A stretch of 64,000 bases of DNA from Eledone cirrhosa. Taxonomy: Eukaryota. Below the pieces are notes generated by a model. The model searched no databases, was not told where the DNA came from, and saw nothing but the letters and a program-made list of their open reading frames with translations. Numbering within the stretch: the stretch's first letter is position 1; each line of letters begins with the position of its first letter. The position numbers and the translations under genes were made by a program. Shown here piece after piece: positions 1 to 12,520 of this stretch. The stretch spans positions 82,770,001 to 82,834,000 of the forward strand of contig OZ024745.1 in assembly GCA_964016885.1 (NCBI GenBank), in the 5' to 3' direction.

Positions 1-669
1 TGTAGTCTTACATAACCCCTTTACCACCATTACAGTGGACAATGTAGCCTTACATAACCCCTTTACCAACATTACAGTGGACAGTGTAGCCTTACATAAC
101 CCCTTTACCACCATTACAGTGGACAATGTAGTCTTACATAACCCCTTTACCACCATTACATTTGACAATGTAGTCTTACATAACCCCTTTACCACCATTA
201 CAGTTGACAATGTAATCTTACATAACCCCTTTACCACTATTACAGTGGACAGTGTAGCCTTACATAACCCCTTTACCACCAATACAGTGGACAGTGTAGC
301 CTTACATAACCCCTCTACCACCATTACAGTGGGTAATGTAGTCTTACATAACCTCTTTACCACCATTACAGTGGACAATGTAGTCTTACATAACCCCTCT
401 ACCACCATTACAGTGGACAATGTAGTCTTACATAACCCCTTTACCACCATTACAGTGGAAATGTAGTCTTACATAACCCCTTTACCACCATTACAGTGGA
501 CAATGTAGCCTTACATAACCCCTTTACAACCATTACAGTGGACAGTGTAGCCTTACATAACCCCTTTACCACCATTACAGTGGACAATGTAGTCTTACAT
601 AACCCCTTTACCACCATTACAGTTGACAATGTAGTCTTACATAACCCCTTTACCACCATTACAGTTGAC

Positions 670-1400
670 AATGTAATCTTACATAACCCCTTTACCACCA
701 TTACAGTGGACAGTGTAGCCTTACATAACCCCTCTACCACCATTACAGTGGGTAATGTAGTCTTACATAACCCCTTTACCACCATTACAGTGGACAATGT
801 AGTCTTACATAACCACTTTACCACCATTACAGTGGACAATGTAGTCTTACATGATCCCTTTACCACCATTACAGTGGACAATTTTGTCTTACATAGCCCC
901 TTTACCACCATTACAGTGGACAGTGTAGCCTTACATAACCCCTTTACCACCATTACAGTGGACAGTGTAGTCTTACATAACCCCTTTACCACCATTACAG
1001 TGGACAATGTAGTCTTACATAACCCCTTTACCACCATTACAGTGCACACTATAGTCTTACATAACCCCTTTACCACCATTACAGTGGACAATGTAATCTT
1101 ACATAACCCCTTTACCACCATTACAGTGGACAGTGTAGCCTTACATAACCCCTCTACCACCATTACAGTGGGTAATGTAGTCTTACATAACCCCTTTACC
1201 ACCATTACAGTGGACAATGTAGTCTTACATAACCACTTTACCACCATTACAGTGGACAATGTAGTCTTACATGATCCCTTTACCACCATTACAGTGGACA
1301 ATTTTGTCTTACATAGCCCCTTTACCACCATTACAGTGGACAGTGTAGCCTTACATAACCCCTTTACCACCATTACAGTGGACAGTGTAGCCTTACATAA
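670..1400. repeat. Local higher-order duplication, period 420 bp (10 monomers), boundaries approximate
   Basis: The rare variant ATGATCCC occurs at 851 and 1271. Both copies are preceded by an AACCAC monomer and followed by a TTTTGTC...CATAGCCCC monomer. The offset is 420 = 10x42. Confidence 0.85.
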
Positions 1401-4400
1401 CCCCTTTACCACCATTACAGTGGACAATGTAGCCTTACATAACCTCCTTACCACCATTACAGTGGGTAATGTAGTCTTACATAACCCCTTTACCACCATT
1501 ACAGTGGACAATGTAGTCTTACATAACCCTTTTATCACCATTACAGTAGACAATGTAGCCTTACATAACCACTTTACCACCATTACAGTGGGTAATGTAG
1601 CCTTACATAACCTCTTTACCACCATTTCAGTGGGTAATGTAGCCTTACATAACCCCTTTACCACCATTACAGAGGACAATGTAGTCTTACATAACCCCTT
1701 TGCCACCATTACAGTCGACAATGTAGTCTTACATAACCCCTTTACCACCATTACAGTGGACAATGTAGTCTTACATAGCCCCTTTACCAACATTACAGTG
1801 GACAATGTAGTCTTACATAACACATTTACCACCATTACAGTGAACAATGTAGCCTTACATAACCCCTTTACCACCGTTACAGTGGACAATGTAGTCTTAC
1901 ATAACCCCTTTACCTCCATTATAGTGGACAATTTTGTCTTACATAACCCCTTTACCACCATTACAGTGGACAGTGTAGCCTTACATAACCCCTTTACCAC
2001 CATTACAGTGGACAGTGTAGCCTTACATAACCCCTTTACCACCATTACAGTGGACAATGTAGTCTTACATAACCCCTTTACCACCATTACAGTGAACAAT
2101 GTAGCCTTACATAACCCCTTTACCACCATTACAGTGGACAGTGTAGCCTTACATAACCCCTTTACCACCATTACAGTGGACAATGTAGTCTTACATAACC
2201 CCTTTACCACCATTACAGTTGACAATGTAGTCTTACATAACCCCTTTACCACCATTACAGTTGACAATGTAATCTTACATAACCCCTTTACCACTATTAC
2301 AGTGGACAGTGTAGCCTTACATAACCCCTTTACCACCAATACAGTGGACAGTGTAGCCTTACATAACCCCTCTACCACTATTACAGTGGGTAATGTAGTC
2401 TTACATAACCTCTTTACCACCATTACAGTGGACAATGTAGTCTTACATAACCCCTCTACCACCATTACAGTGGACAATGTAGTCTTACATAACCCCTTTA
2501 CCACCATTACAGTGGAAATGTAGTCTTACATAACCCCTTTACCACCATTACAGTGGACAATGTAGCCTTACATAACCCCTTTACAACCATTACAGTGGAC
2601 AGTGTAGCCTTACATAACCCCTTTACCACCATTACAGTGGACAATGTAGTCTTACATAACCCCTTTACCACCATTACAGTTGACAATGTAGTCTTACATA
2701 ACCCCTTTACCACCATTACAGTTGACAATGTAATCTTACATAACCCCTTTACCACCATTACAGTGGACAGTGTAGCCTTCAATAACCCCTCTACCACCAT
2801 TACAGTGGGTAATGTAGTCTTACATAACCCCTTTACCACCATTACAGTGGACAATGTAGTCTTACATAACCCCTTTACCACCATTACAGTTGACAATGTA
2901 GTCTTACATAACCCCTTTACCACCATTACAGTTGACAATGTAATCTTACATAACCCCTTTACCAGCATTACAGTGGACAGTGTAGCGTTACATAATCCCT
3001 TTACCACCATTAAAGTGGACAATGTAGTCTTACATAACCCCTTTACCACCATTACAGTGGACAATGTAGCCTTACTTAAACCCTTTACAACCATTACAGT
3101 TGACAATGTGGTCTTACATAACCCCTTTACCACCATTACAATGGACAATGTAGTCTAACATAACCCCTTTATCACCATTACAGTGGACAATGTAGCCTTA
3201 CATAACCCCTTTACCACAATTACAGTGGGTAATGTAGTCTTACATAACCCCTTTATCACGATTACAGTGGAAAATGTAGTCTTACATAACCCCTTTACCA
3301 CCATTACAGTGGACAATATAGTCTTACATAACCCCTTTACCACCATTACAGTGGACAATGTAGACACACATAACCTCCTTACCACCATTACAGTGGGTAA
3401 TGTAGTCTTACATAACCCCTCTACCACCATTTCAGTGGGTAATGTAGCCTTACATAACCCCTTTACCACCATTACAGTGGACAATGTAGTCTTACATAAC
3501 CCCTTTACCACCATTACAATGTACACTGTAGTCTTACATAACCTGTTTACCACCATTACAGTAGACAATGTAGTCTTACATAATCCCTTTAACACCATTA
3601 CAGGGGACAATGTAGTCTTACATAACCCCTTTTACCACCATTACAGTGGACAATGTAGTCTTACATAACCCCTTTACCACCATTACACTGGACAATGTAG
3701 TCTTACATAACCCCTTTATCACCATTACAGTGGACAATGTAGCCTTACATAACCCCTTTACCATAATTACAGTGGGTAATGTAGTCTTACATAACCCCTT
3801 TACTACCATTACAGTGGAAAATGTAATCTTACATAACCCCTTCATCACGATTACAGTGGACAATGTAGCCTTACATATCCCCTTTACCACTATTACAGTG
3901 GACAATGTAGTCTTACATAACCCCTTTACCACCATTACAGTGGACAGTGTAGTCTTACATAACCCCTTTACCACCATTACAGTGGACAATGTAGTCTTAC
4001 ATATCCTCTTTACCACCATTACAGTAGACAATGTAGTCTTACATAACCCCTTTATCACCATTACAGTGGACAGTGTAGTCTTACATAACCCCTTTTACCA
4101 CCATTACAGTGGACAATGTAGTCTTACATAACCCCTTTACCACCATTACAGTGGACAATGTAGTCTTACATAATCCCTTTATCACCATTACAGTGGACAA
4201 TGTAGCCTTACATAACCCATTTACCACCATTACAGTTGACAATGTAGTCTTACATAACCCCTTTACCACCATTACAGTGGACAATGTAGTCTTATATAAC
4301 CCCTTTACCACCATTACAGTGGACAATGTAGTCTTACATAACCCCTTTACCACCATTACAGTGGACAATTTTGTCTTACATACCCCCTTTACCACCATTA

Positions 4401-4989
4401 CAGTGGACAGTGTTGCCTTACATAACCCCTTTTCCACCATTACAGTGGACAATGTAGTCTTACATAACCACTTTATCACCATTACAGTGGACAATGTAGT
4501 CTTACATAACCCCTTTACCACCATTACAGTGGACAATGTAGTCTTACATAACCCCTTTACCACCATTACAGTGGACAATGTAGTCTTACATAACCCCTTT
4601 ACCACCATTACAGTGGACAATGTAGTCTTACATAACCCCTTTACCACCATTACAGTGGACAATGTAGTCTTACATAACCCCTTTATCACCATTACGGTGG
4701 ACAATGCAGTCTTACATAACCCCTTTACCACCATTGCAGTGGACAATGTAGTCTTACATAACCCCTTTACCACCATTACAGTGGACAATGTAGTCTTACA
4801 TAACCCCTTTACCACCATTACAGTGGACAATTTTGTCTTACATAACCCCTTTACCACCATTACAGTGGACAGTGTAGTCTTACATAACCCCTTTACCACC
4901 ATTACAGTGGACAGTGTAGCCTTACATAACCCCTTTACCACCATTACAGTGGACAATGTAGTCTTACATAACCCCTTTACCACCATTAC

Positions 4990-7900
4990 AGTGGACAATT
5001 TTGTCTTACATAACCCCTTTACAACCATTACAGTAGACAATGTAGCCTTACATAACCCCTTTACTACCAATACAGTGGACAGTGTAGCCTTACATAACCC
5101 CTTTACCACCATTACAGTGGACAATGTACTCTTACATAACCCCTTTACCACCATTACAGTGGACAATGTAGCCATACATAACCCCTTTACCACCATTAGA
5201 GTTTACAATGTAGTCTAATATAACCACTTTACCACCATTACAGTTGACAATGTAATCTTACGTAACCCCTTTACCACCATTACAGTGGACAGTGTAGCCT
5301 TTCATAATCCCTTTACCACCATTAAAGTAGACAATGTAGTCTTACATAACCCCTCTACCACCATTACAGTGGGTAACGTAGTCTTACATAACCCCTTTAC
5401 CACCATTAAAGTGGACAATGTAGTCTTACATAACCCCTTAACCACCATTACAGTGGAACATTTTGTCTTACATAACCCCTTTACCACCATTACAGTGGAC
5501 AATGTAGCCTTACATAACCCCTTTACCACCATTACAGTGGACAATGTAGCCTTACATAACCCCTTTACCACCATTACAGTTGACAATGTAGTCTTACATA
5601 ACGCCTTTACCACCATTACAGTGGACAATGTAGTCTTACATAACCCCTTTATCACCATTACAGTAGACAATGTAGTCTTACATAAACCCTTTACCACCAT
5701 TACAGTGGACAATGTAGTCTTACATAACCCCTTTACCACCATTACAGTGGACAATGTAGTCTTACATAACCCCTTTACCACCATTACAGTGGACAATGTA
5801 GTCTTACATAACCCCTTTACCACCATTACAGTGGAAAATGTAGTCTTAGATAACCCCTTTACCACCATTACAGTGGACAATGTAGCCTTACATAACCCCT
5901 TTACCACCATTACAGTGGACAATGTAGTCTTACATAACCCCTTTACCACCATTACAGTGGACAATTTTGTCTTACATAGTCCTTTTACCACCATTACAGT
6001 GGACAGTGTAGCCTTACATAACCCCTTTACCACCATTACAATGGACAGTGTAGCCTTACATAACCCCTTTACCACCATTACAGTGGACAATGTAGTCTTA
6101 CATAACCCCTTTACCACCATTAAAGTGGGTAACGTAGTCTTACATAACCCCTTTACCACCATTAAAGTGGACAATGTAGTCTTACATAACCCCTTAACCA
6201 CCATTACAGTGGACAAATTTGTCTTACATAACCCCTTTACCACCATTACAGTGGACAGTGTAGCCTTACATAACCCCTTTACCACCATTACAGTGGACAA
6301 TGTAGCCTTACATAACCCCTTTACCACCATTACAGTTGACAATGTAGTCTTACATAACGCCTTTACCACCATTACAGTGGACAATGTAGTCTTACATAAC
6401 CCCTTTATCACCATTACAGTGGACAATGTAGTCTTACATAACCCCTTTACCACCATTACAGTGGACAATGTAGTCTTACATAACCCCTTTACCACCATTA
6501 CAGTGGACAATGTAGTCTTACATAACCCCTTTACCACCATTACAGTGGACAATGTAGTCTTACATAACCCCTTTACCACCATTACAGTGGAAAATGTAGT
6601 CTTAGATAACCCCTTTACCACCATTACAGTGGACAATGTAGCCTTACATAACCCCTTTACCACCATTACAGTGGACAATGTAGTCTTACATAACCCCTTT
6701 ACCACCATTACAGTGGACAATTTTGTCTTACATAGTTCTTTTACCACCATTACAGTGGACAGTGTAGCCTTACATAACCCCTTTACCACCATTACAGTGG
6801 ACAGTGTAGCCTTACATAACCCCTTTACCACCATTACAGTGGACAATGTAGTCTTACATAACCCCTTTACCACCATTACAGTGGACAATGTAGTCTTACA
6901 TAACCCCTTTACCACCATTACAGTGGACAATGTAGTCTTACATAACCCTTTTATCACCATTACAGTAGATAATGTAGCCTTACATAACCACTTTACCACC
7001 ATTACAGTGGGTAATGTAGCCTTACATAACCTCTTTACCACCATTTCAGTGGGTAATGTAGCCTTACATAACCCCTTTACCACCATTACAGAGGACAATG
7101 TAGTCTTACATAACCCCTTTGCCACCATTACAGTGGACAATGTAGTCTTACATAACCCCTTTACCACCATTACAGTGGACAATGTAGTCTTACATAGCCC
7201 CTTTACCACCATTACAGTGGACAATGTAGTCTTACATAACACATTTACCACCATTACAGTGAACAATGTAGCCTTACATAACCCCTTTACCACCGTTACA
7301 GTGGACAATGTAGTCTTACATAACCCCTTTACCTCCATTATAGTGGACAATGTAGCCTTACATAACCCCTTTACCACCATTACAGTGGACAGTGTCGCCT
7401 TACATAACCCCTTTACCACCATTACAGTGGACAATGTAGTCTTACATAACCCCTTTACCACCATTACAGTTGACAATGTAGTCTTACATAACCCCTTTAC
7501 CACCATTACAGTTGACAATGTAATCTTACATAACCCCTTTACCACTATTACAGTGGACAGTGTAGCCTTACATAACCCCTTTACCACCAATACAGTGGAC
7601 AGTGTAGCCTTACATAACCCCTCTACCACCATTACAGTGGGTAATGTAGTCTTACATAACCTCTTTACCACCATTACAGTGTACAATGTAGTCTTACATA
7701 ACCCCTCTACCACCATTACAGTGGACAATGTAGTCTTACATAACCCCTTTACCACCATTACAGTGGAAATGTAGTCTTACATAACCCCTTTACCACCATT
7801 ACAGTGGACAATGTAGCCTTACATAACCCCTTTACAACCATTACAGTGGACAGTGTAGCCTTACATAACCCCTTTACCACCATTACAGTGGACAATGTAG

Positions 7901-10900
7901 TCTTACATAACCCCTTTACCACCATTACAGTTGACAATGTAGTCTTACATAACCCCTTTACCACCATTACAGTTGACAATGTAATCTTACATAACCCCTT
8001 TACCACCATTACAGTGGACAGTGTAGCCTTACATAACCCCTCTACCACCATTACAGTGGGTAATGTAGTCTTACATAACCCCTTTACCACCATTACAGTT
8101 GACAATGTAGTCTTACATAACCCCTTTACCACCATTACAGTTGACAATGTAATCTTACACAACCCCTTTACCACCATTACAGTGGACAGTGTAGCCTTAC
8201 ATAATCCCTTTACCACCATTAAAGTGGACAATGTAGTCTTACATAACCCCTTTACCACCATTACAGTGGACAATGTAGCCTTACTTAAACCCTTTACAAC
8301 CATTACAGTTGACAATGTGGTCTTACATAACCCCTTTACCACCATTACAATGGACAATGTAGTCTAACATAACCCCTTTATCACCATTACAGTGGACAAT
8401 GTAGCCTTACATAACCCCTTTACCACAATTACAGTGGGTAATGTAGTCTTACATAACCCCTTTACCAACATTACAGAGGAAAATGTAATCTTACATAACC
8501 CCTTTATCACGATTACAGTGGAAAATGTAGTCTTACATAACCCCTTTACCACCATTACAGTGGACAATGTAGTCTTACATAACCCCTTTACCACCATTAC
8601 AGTGGACAATGTAGCCTTACATAACCTCCTTACCACCATTACAGTGGGTAATGTAGTCTTACATAACCCCTCTACCACCATTTCAGTGGGTAATGTAGCC
8701 TTACATAACCCCTTTACCACCATTACAGTGGACAATGTACTCTTACATAACCCCTTTACCACCATTACAGTGGACAATTTTGTCTTACATAACCCCTTTA
8801 CAACCATTACAGTAGACAATGTAGCCTTACATAACCCCTTTACTACCAATACAGTAGACAGTGTAGCCTTACATAACCCCTTTACCACCATTACAGTGGA
8901 CAATGTAGTCTTACATAACCCCTTTACCACCATTACAGTGGACAATGTAGCCATACATAACCCCTTTACCACCATTAGAGTTTACAATGTAGTCTAATAT
9001 AACCACTTTACCACCATTACAGTTGACAATGTAATCTTACGTAACCCCTTTACCACCATTACAGTGGACAGTGTAGCCTTTCATAATCCCTTTACCACCA
9101 TTAAAGTAGACAATGTAGTCTTACATAACCCATCTACCACCATTACAGTGGGTAACGTAGTCTTACATAACCCCTTTACCACCATTAAAGTGGACAATGT
9201 AGTCTTACATAACCCCTTAACCACCATTACAGTGGAACATTTTGTCTTACATAACCCCTTTACCACCATTACAGTGGACAGTGTAGCCTTACATAACCCC
9301 TTTACCACCATTACAGTGGACAATGTAGCCTTACATAACCCCTTTACCACCATTACAGTTGACAATGTAGTCTTACATAACGCCTTTACCACCATTACAG
9401 TGGACAATGTAGTCTTACATAACCCCTTTATCACCATTACAGTGGACAATGTAGTCTTACATAACCCCTTTACCACCATTACAGTGGACAATGTAGTCTT
9501 ACATAACCCCTTTACCACCATTACAGTGGACAATGTAGTCTTACATAACCCCTTTACCACCATTACAGTGGACAATGTAGTCTTACATAACCCCTTTACC
9601 ACCATTACAGTGGAAAATGTAGTCTTAGATAACCCCTTTACCACCATTACAGTGGACAATGTAGCCTTACATAACCCCTTTACCACCATTACAGTGGACA
9701 ATGCAGTCTTACATAACCCCTTTACCACCATTACAGTGGACAATTTTGTCTTACATAGTCCTTTTACCACCATTACAGTGGACAGTGTAGCCTTACATAA
9801 CCCCTTTACCACCATTACAGTGGACAGTGTAGCCTTACATAACCCCTTTACCACCATTACAGTGGACAATGTAGTCTTACATAACCCCTTTACCACCATA
9901 ACAGTGGGTAACGTAGTCTTACATAACCCCTTTACCACCATTAAAGTGGACAATGTAGTCTTACATAACCCCTTAACCAGCATTACAGTGGACAATTTTG
10001 TCTTACATAACCCCTTTACCACCATTACAGTGGACAGTGTAGCCTTACATAACCCCTTTACCACCATTACAGTGGACAATGTAGCCTTACATAACCCCTT
10101 TACCACCATTACAGTTGACAATGTAGTCTTACATAACGCCTTTACCACCATTACAGTGGACAATGTAGTCTTACATAACCCCTTTATCACCATTACAGTG
10201 GACAATGTAGTCTTACATAACCCCTTTACCACCATTACAGTGGACAATGTAGTCTTACATAACCCCTTTACCACCATTACAGTGGACAATGTAGTCTTAT
10301 ATAACCCCTTTACCACCATTACAGTGGACAATGTAGTCTTACATAACCCCTTTACCACCATTACAGTGGAAAATGTAGTCTTAGATAACCCCTTTACCAC
10401 CATTACAGTGGACATTGTAGCCTTACATAACCCCTTTACCACCATTACAGTGGACAATGTAGTCTTACATAACCCCTTTACCACCATTACAGTGGACAAT
10501 TTTGTCTTACATAGTCCTTTTACCACCATTACAGTGGACAGTGTAGCCTTACATAACCCCTTTACCACCATTACAGTGGACAGTGTAGCCTTACATAACC
10601 CCTTTACCACCATTACAGTGGACAATGTAGTCTTACATAACCCCTTTACCACCATTACAGTGGACAATGTAGTCTTACATAACCCCTTTACCACCATTAC
10701 AGTGGACAATGTAGTCTTACATAACCCTTTTATCACCATTACAGTAGATAATGTAGCCTTACATAACCACTTTACCACCATTACAGTGGGTAATGTAGCC
10801 TTACATAACCTCTTTACCACCATTTCAGTGGGTAATGTAGCCTTACATAACCCCTTTACCACCATTACAGAGGACAATGTAGTCTTACATAACCCCTTTG

Positions 10901-12520
10901 CCACCATTACAGTGGACAATGTAGTCTTACATAACCCCTTTACCACCATTACAGTGGACAATGTAGTCTTACATAGCCCCTTTACCACCATTACAGTGGA
11001 CAATGTAGTCTTACATAACACATTTACCACCATTACAGTGAACAATGTAGCCTTACATAACCCCTTTACCACCGTTACAGTGGACAATGTAGTCTTACAT
11101 AACCCCTTTACCTCCATTATAGTGGACAATGTAGCCTTACATAACCCCTTTACCACCATTACAGTGGACAGTGTAGCCTTACATAACCCCTTTACCACCA
11201 ATACAGTGGCCAGTGTAGCCTTACATAACCCCACTACCACCATTACAGTGGGTAATGTAGTCTTACATAACCTCTTTACCACCATTACAGTGGACAATGT
11301 AGTCTTACATAACCCCTCTACCACCATTACAGTGGACAATGTAGTCTTACATAACCCCTTTACCACCATTACAGTGGAAATGTAGTCTTACATTACCCCT
11401 TTACCACCATTACAGTGGACAATGTAGCCTTACATAACCCCTTTACAACCATTACAGTGGACAGTGTAGCCTTACATAACCCCTTTACCACCATTACAGT
11501 GGACAATGTAGTCTTACATAACCCCTTTACCACCATTACAGTTGACAATGTAGTCTTACATAACCCCTTTACCACCATTACAGTTGACAATGTAATCTTA
11601 CATAACCCCTTTACCACCATTACAGTGGACAGTGTAGCCTTACATAACCCCTCTACCACCATTACAGTGGGTAATGTAGTCTTACATAACCCCTTTACCA
11701 CCATTACAGTGGACAATGTAGTCTTACATAACCACTTTACCACCATTACAGTGGACAATGTAGTCTTACATAACCCCTTTACCACCATTACAGTGCACAA
11801 TGTAGCCTTACATAACCCCTTTACCACCATTACAGTTGACAATGTAGTCTTACATAACCCCTTTACCACCATTACAGTGGACAGTGTAGCCTTACATAAT
11901 CCCTTTACCACCATTAAAGTGGACAATGTAGTCTTACATAACCCCTTTACCACCATTACAGTGGACAATGTAGCCTTACTTAAACCCTATACAACCATTA
12001 CAGTTGACAATGTGGTCTTACATAACCCCTTTACCACCATTACAATGGACAATGTAGTCTAACATAACCCCTTTATCACCATTACAGTGGACAATGTAGC
12101 CTTACATAACCCCTTTACCACAATTACAGTGGGTAATGTAGCCTTACTTAAACCCTTTACAACCATTACAGTTGACAATGTGGTCTTACATAACCCCTTT
12201 ACCACCATTACAATGGACAATGTAGTCTAACATAACCCCTTTACCAACATTACAGAGGAAAATGTAATCTTACATAACCCCTTTATCACGATTACAGTGG
12301 AAAATGTAGTCTTACATAACCCCTTTACCACCATTACAGTGGACAATGTAGTCTTACATAACCCCTTTACCACCATTACAGTGGACAATGTAGCCTTACA
12401 TAACCTCCTTACCACCATTACAGTGGGTAATGTAGTCTTACATAACCCCTCTACCACCATTTCAGTGGGTAATGTAGCCTTACATAACCCCTTTACCACC
12501 ATTACAGTGGACAATGTACT
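4990..12520. repeat. Approximately 3.6-3.8 kb block duplication with a nested 756-bp (18-monomer) duplication in each copy, boundaries approximate
   Basis: The landmark stop monomer ends at 5218 and 8997 (offset 3779 = 90x42-1). The GTGGAACATTTTG variant is in both copies. The TTAGATAAC variant occurs at 5846/6602 and again at 9625/10381, each pair 756 apart. ORFs 5285..7774 and 9064..11385 share the same variant order. Confidence 0.85.

Noticed and set aside
16-28. G-quadruplex or Chi-like motif on the - strand (GGTGGTAAAGGGG)
   Set aside because: There is only one G-run of three or more per monomer, so at best a weak two-tier structure could form. TGGTGG is only a partial match to E. coli Chi (GCTGGTGG).
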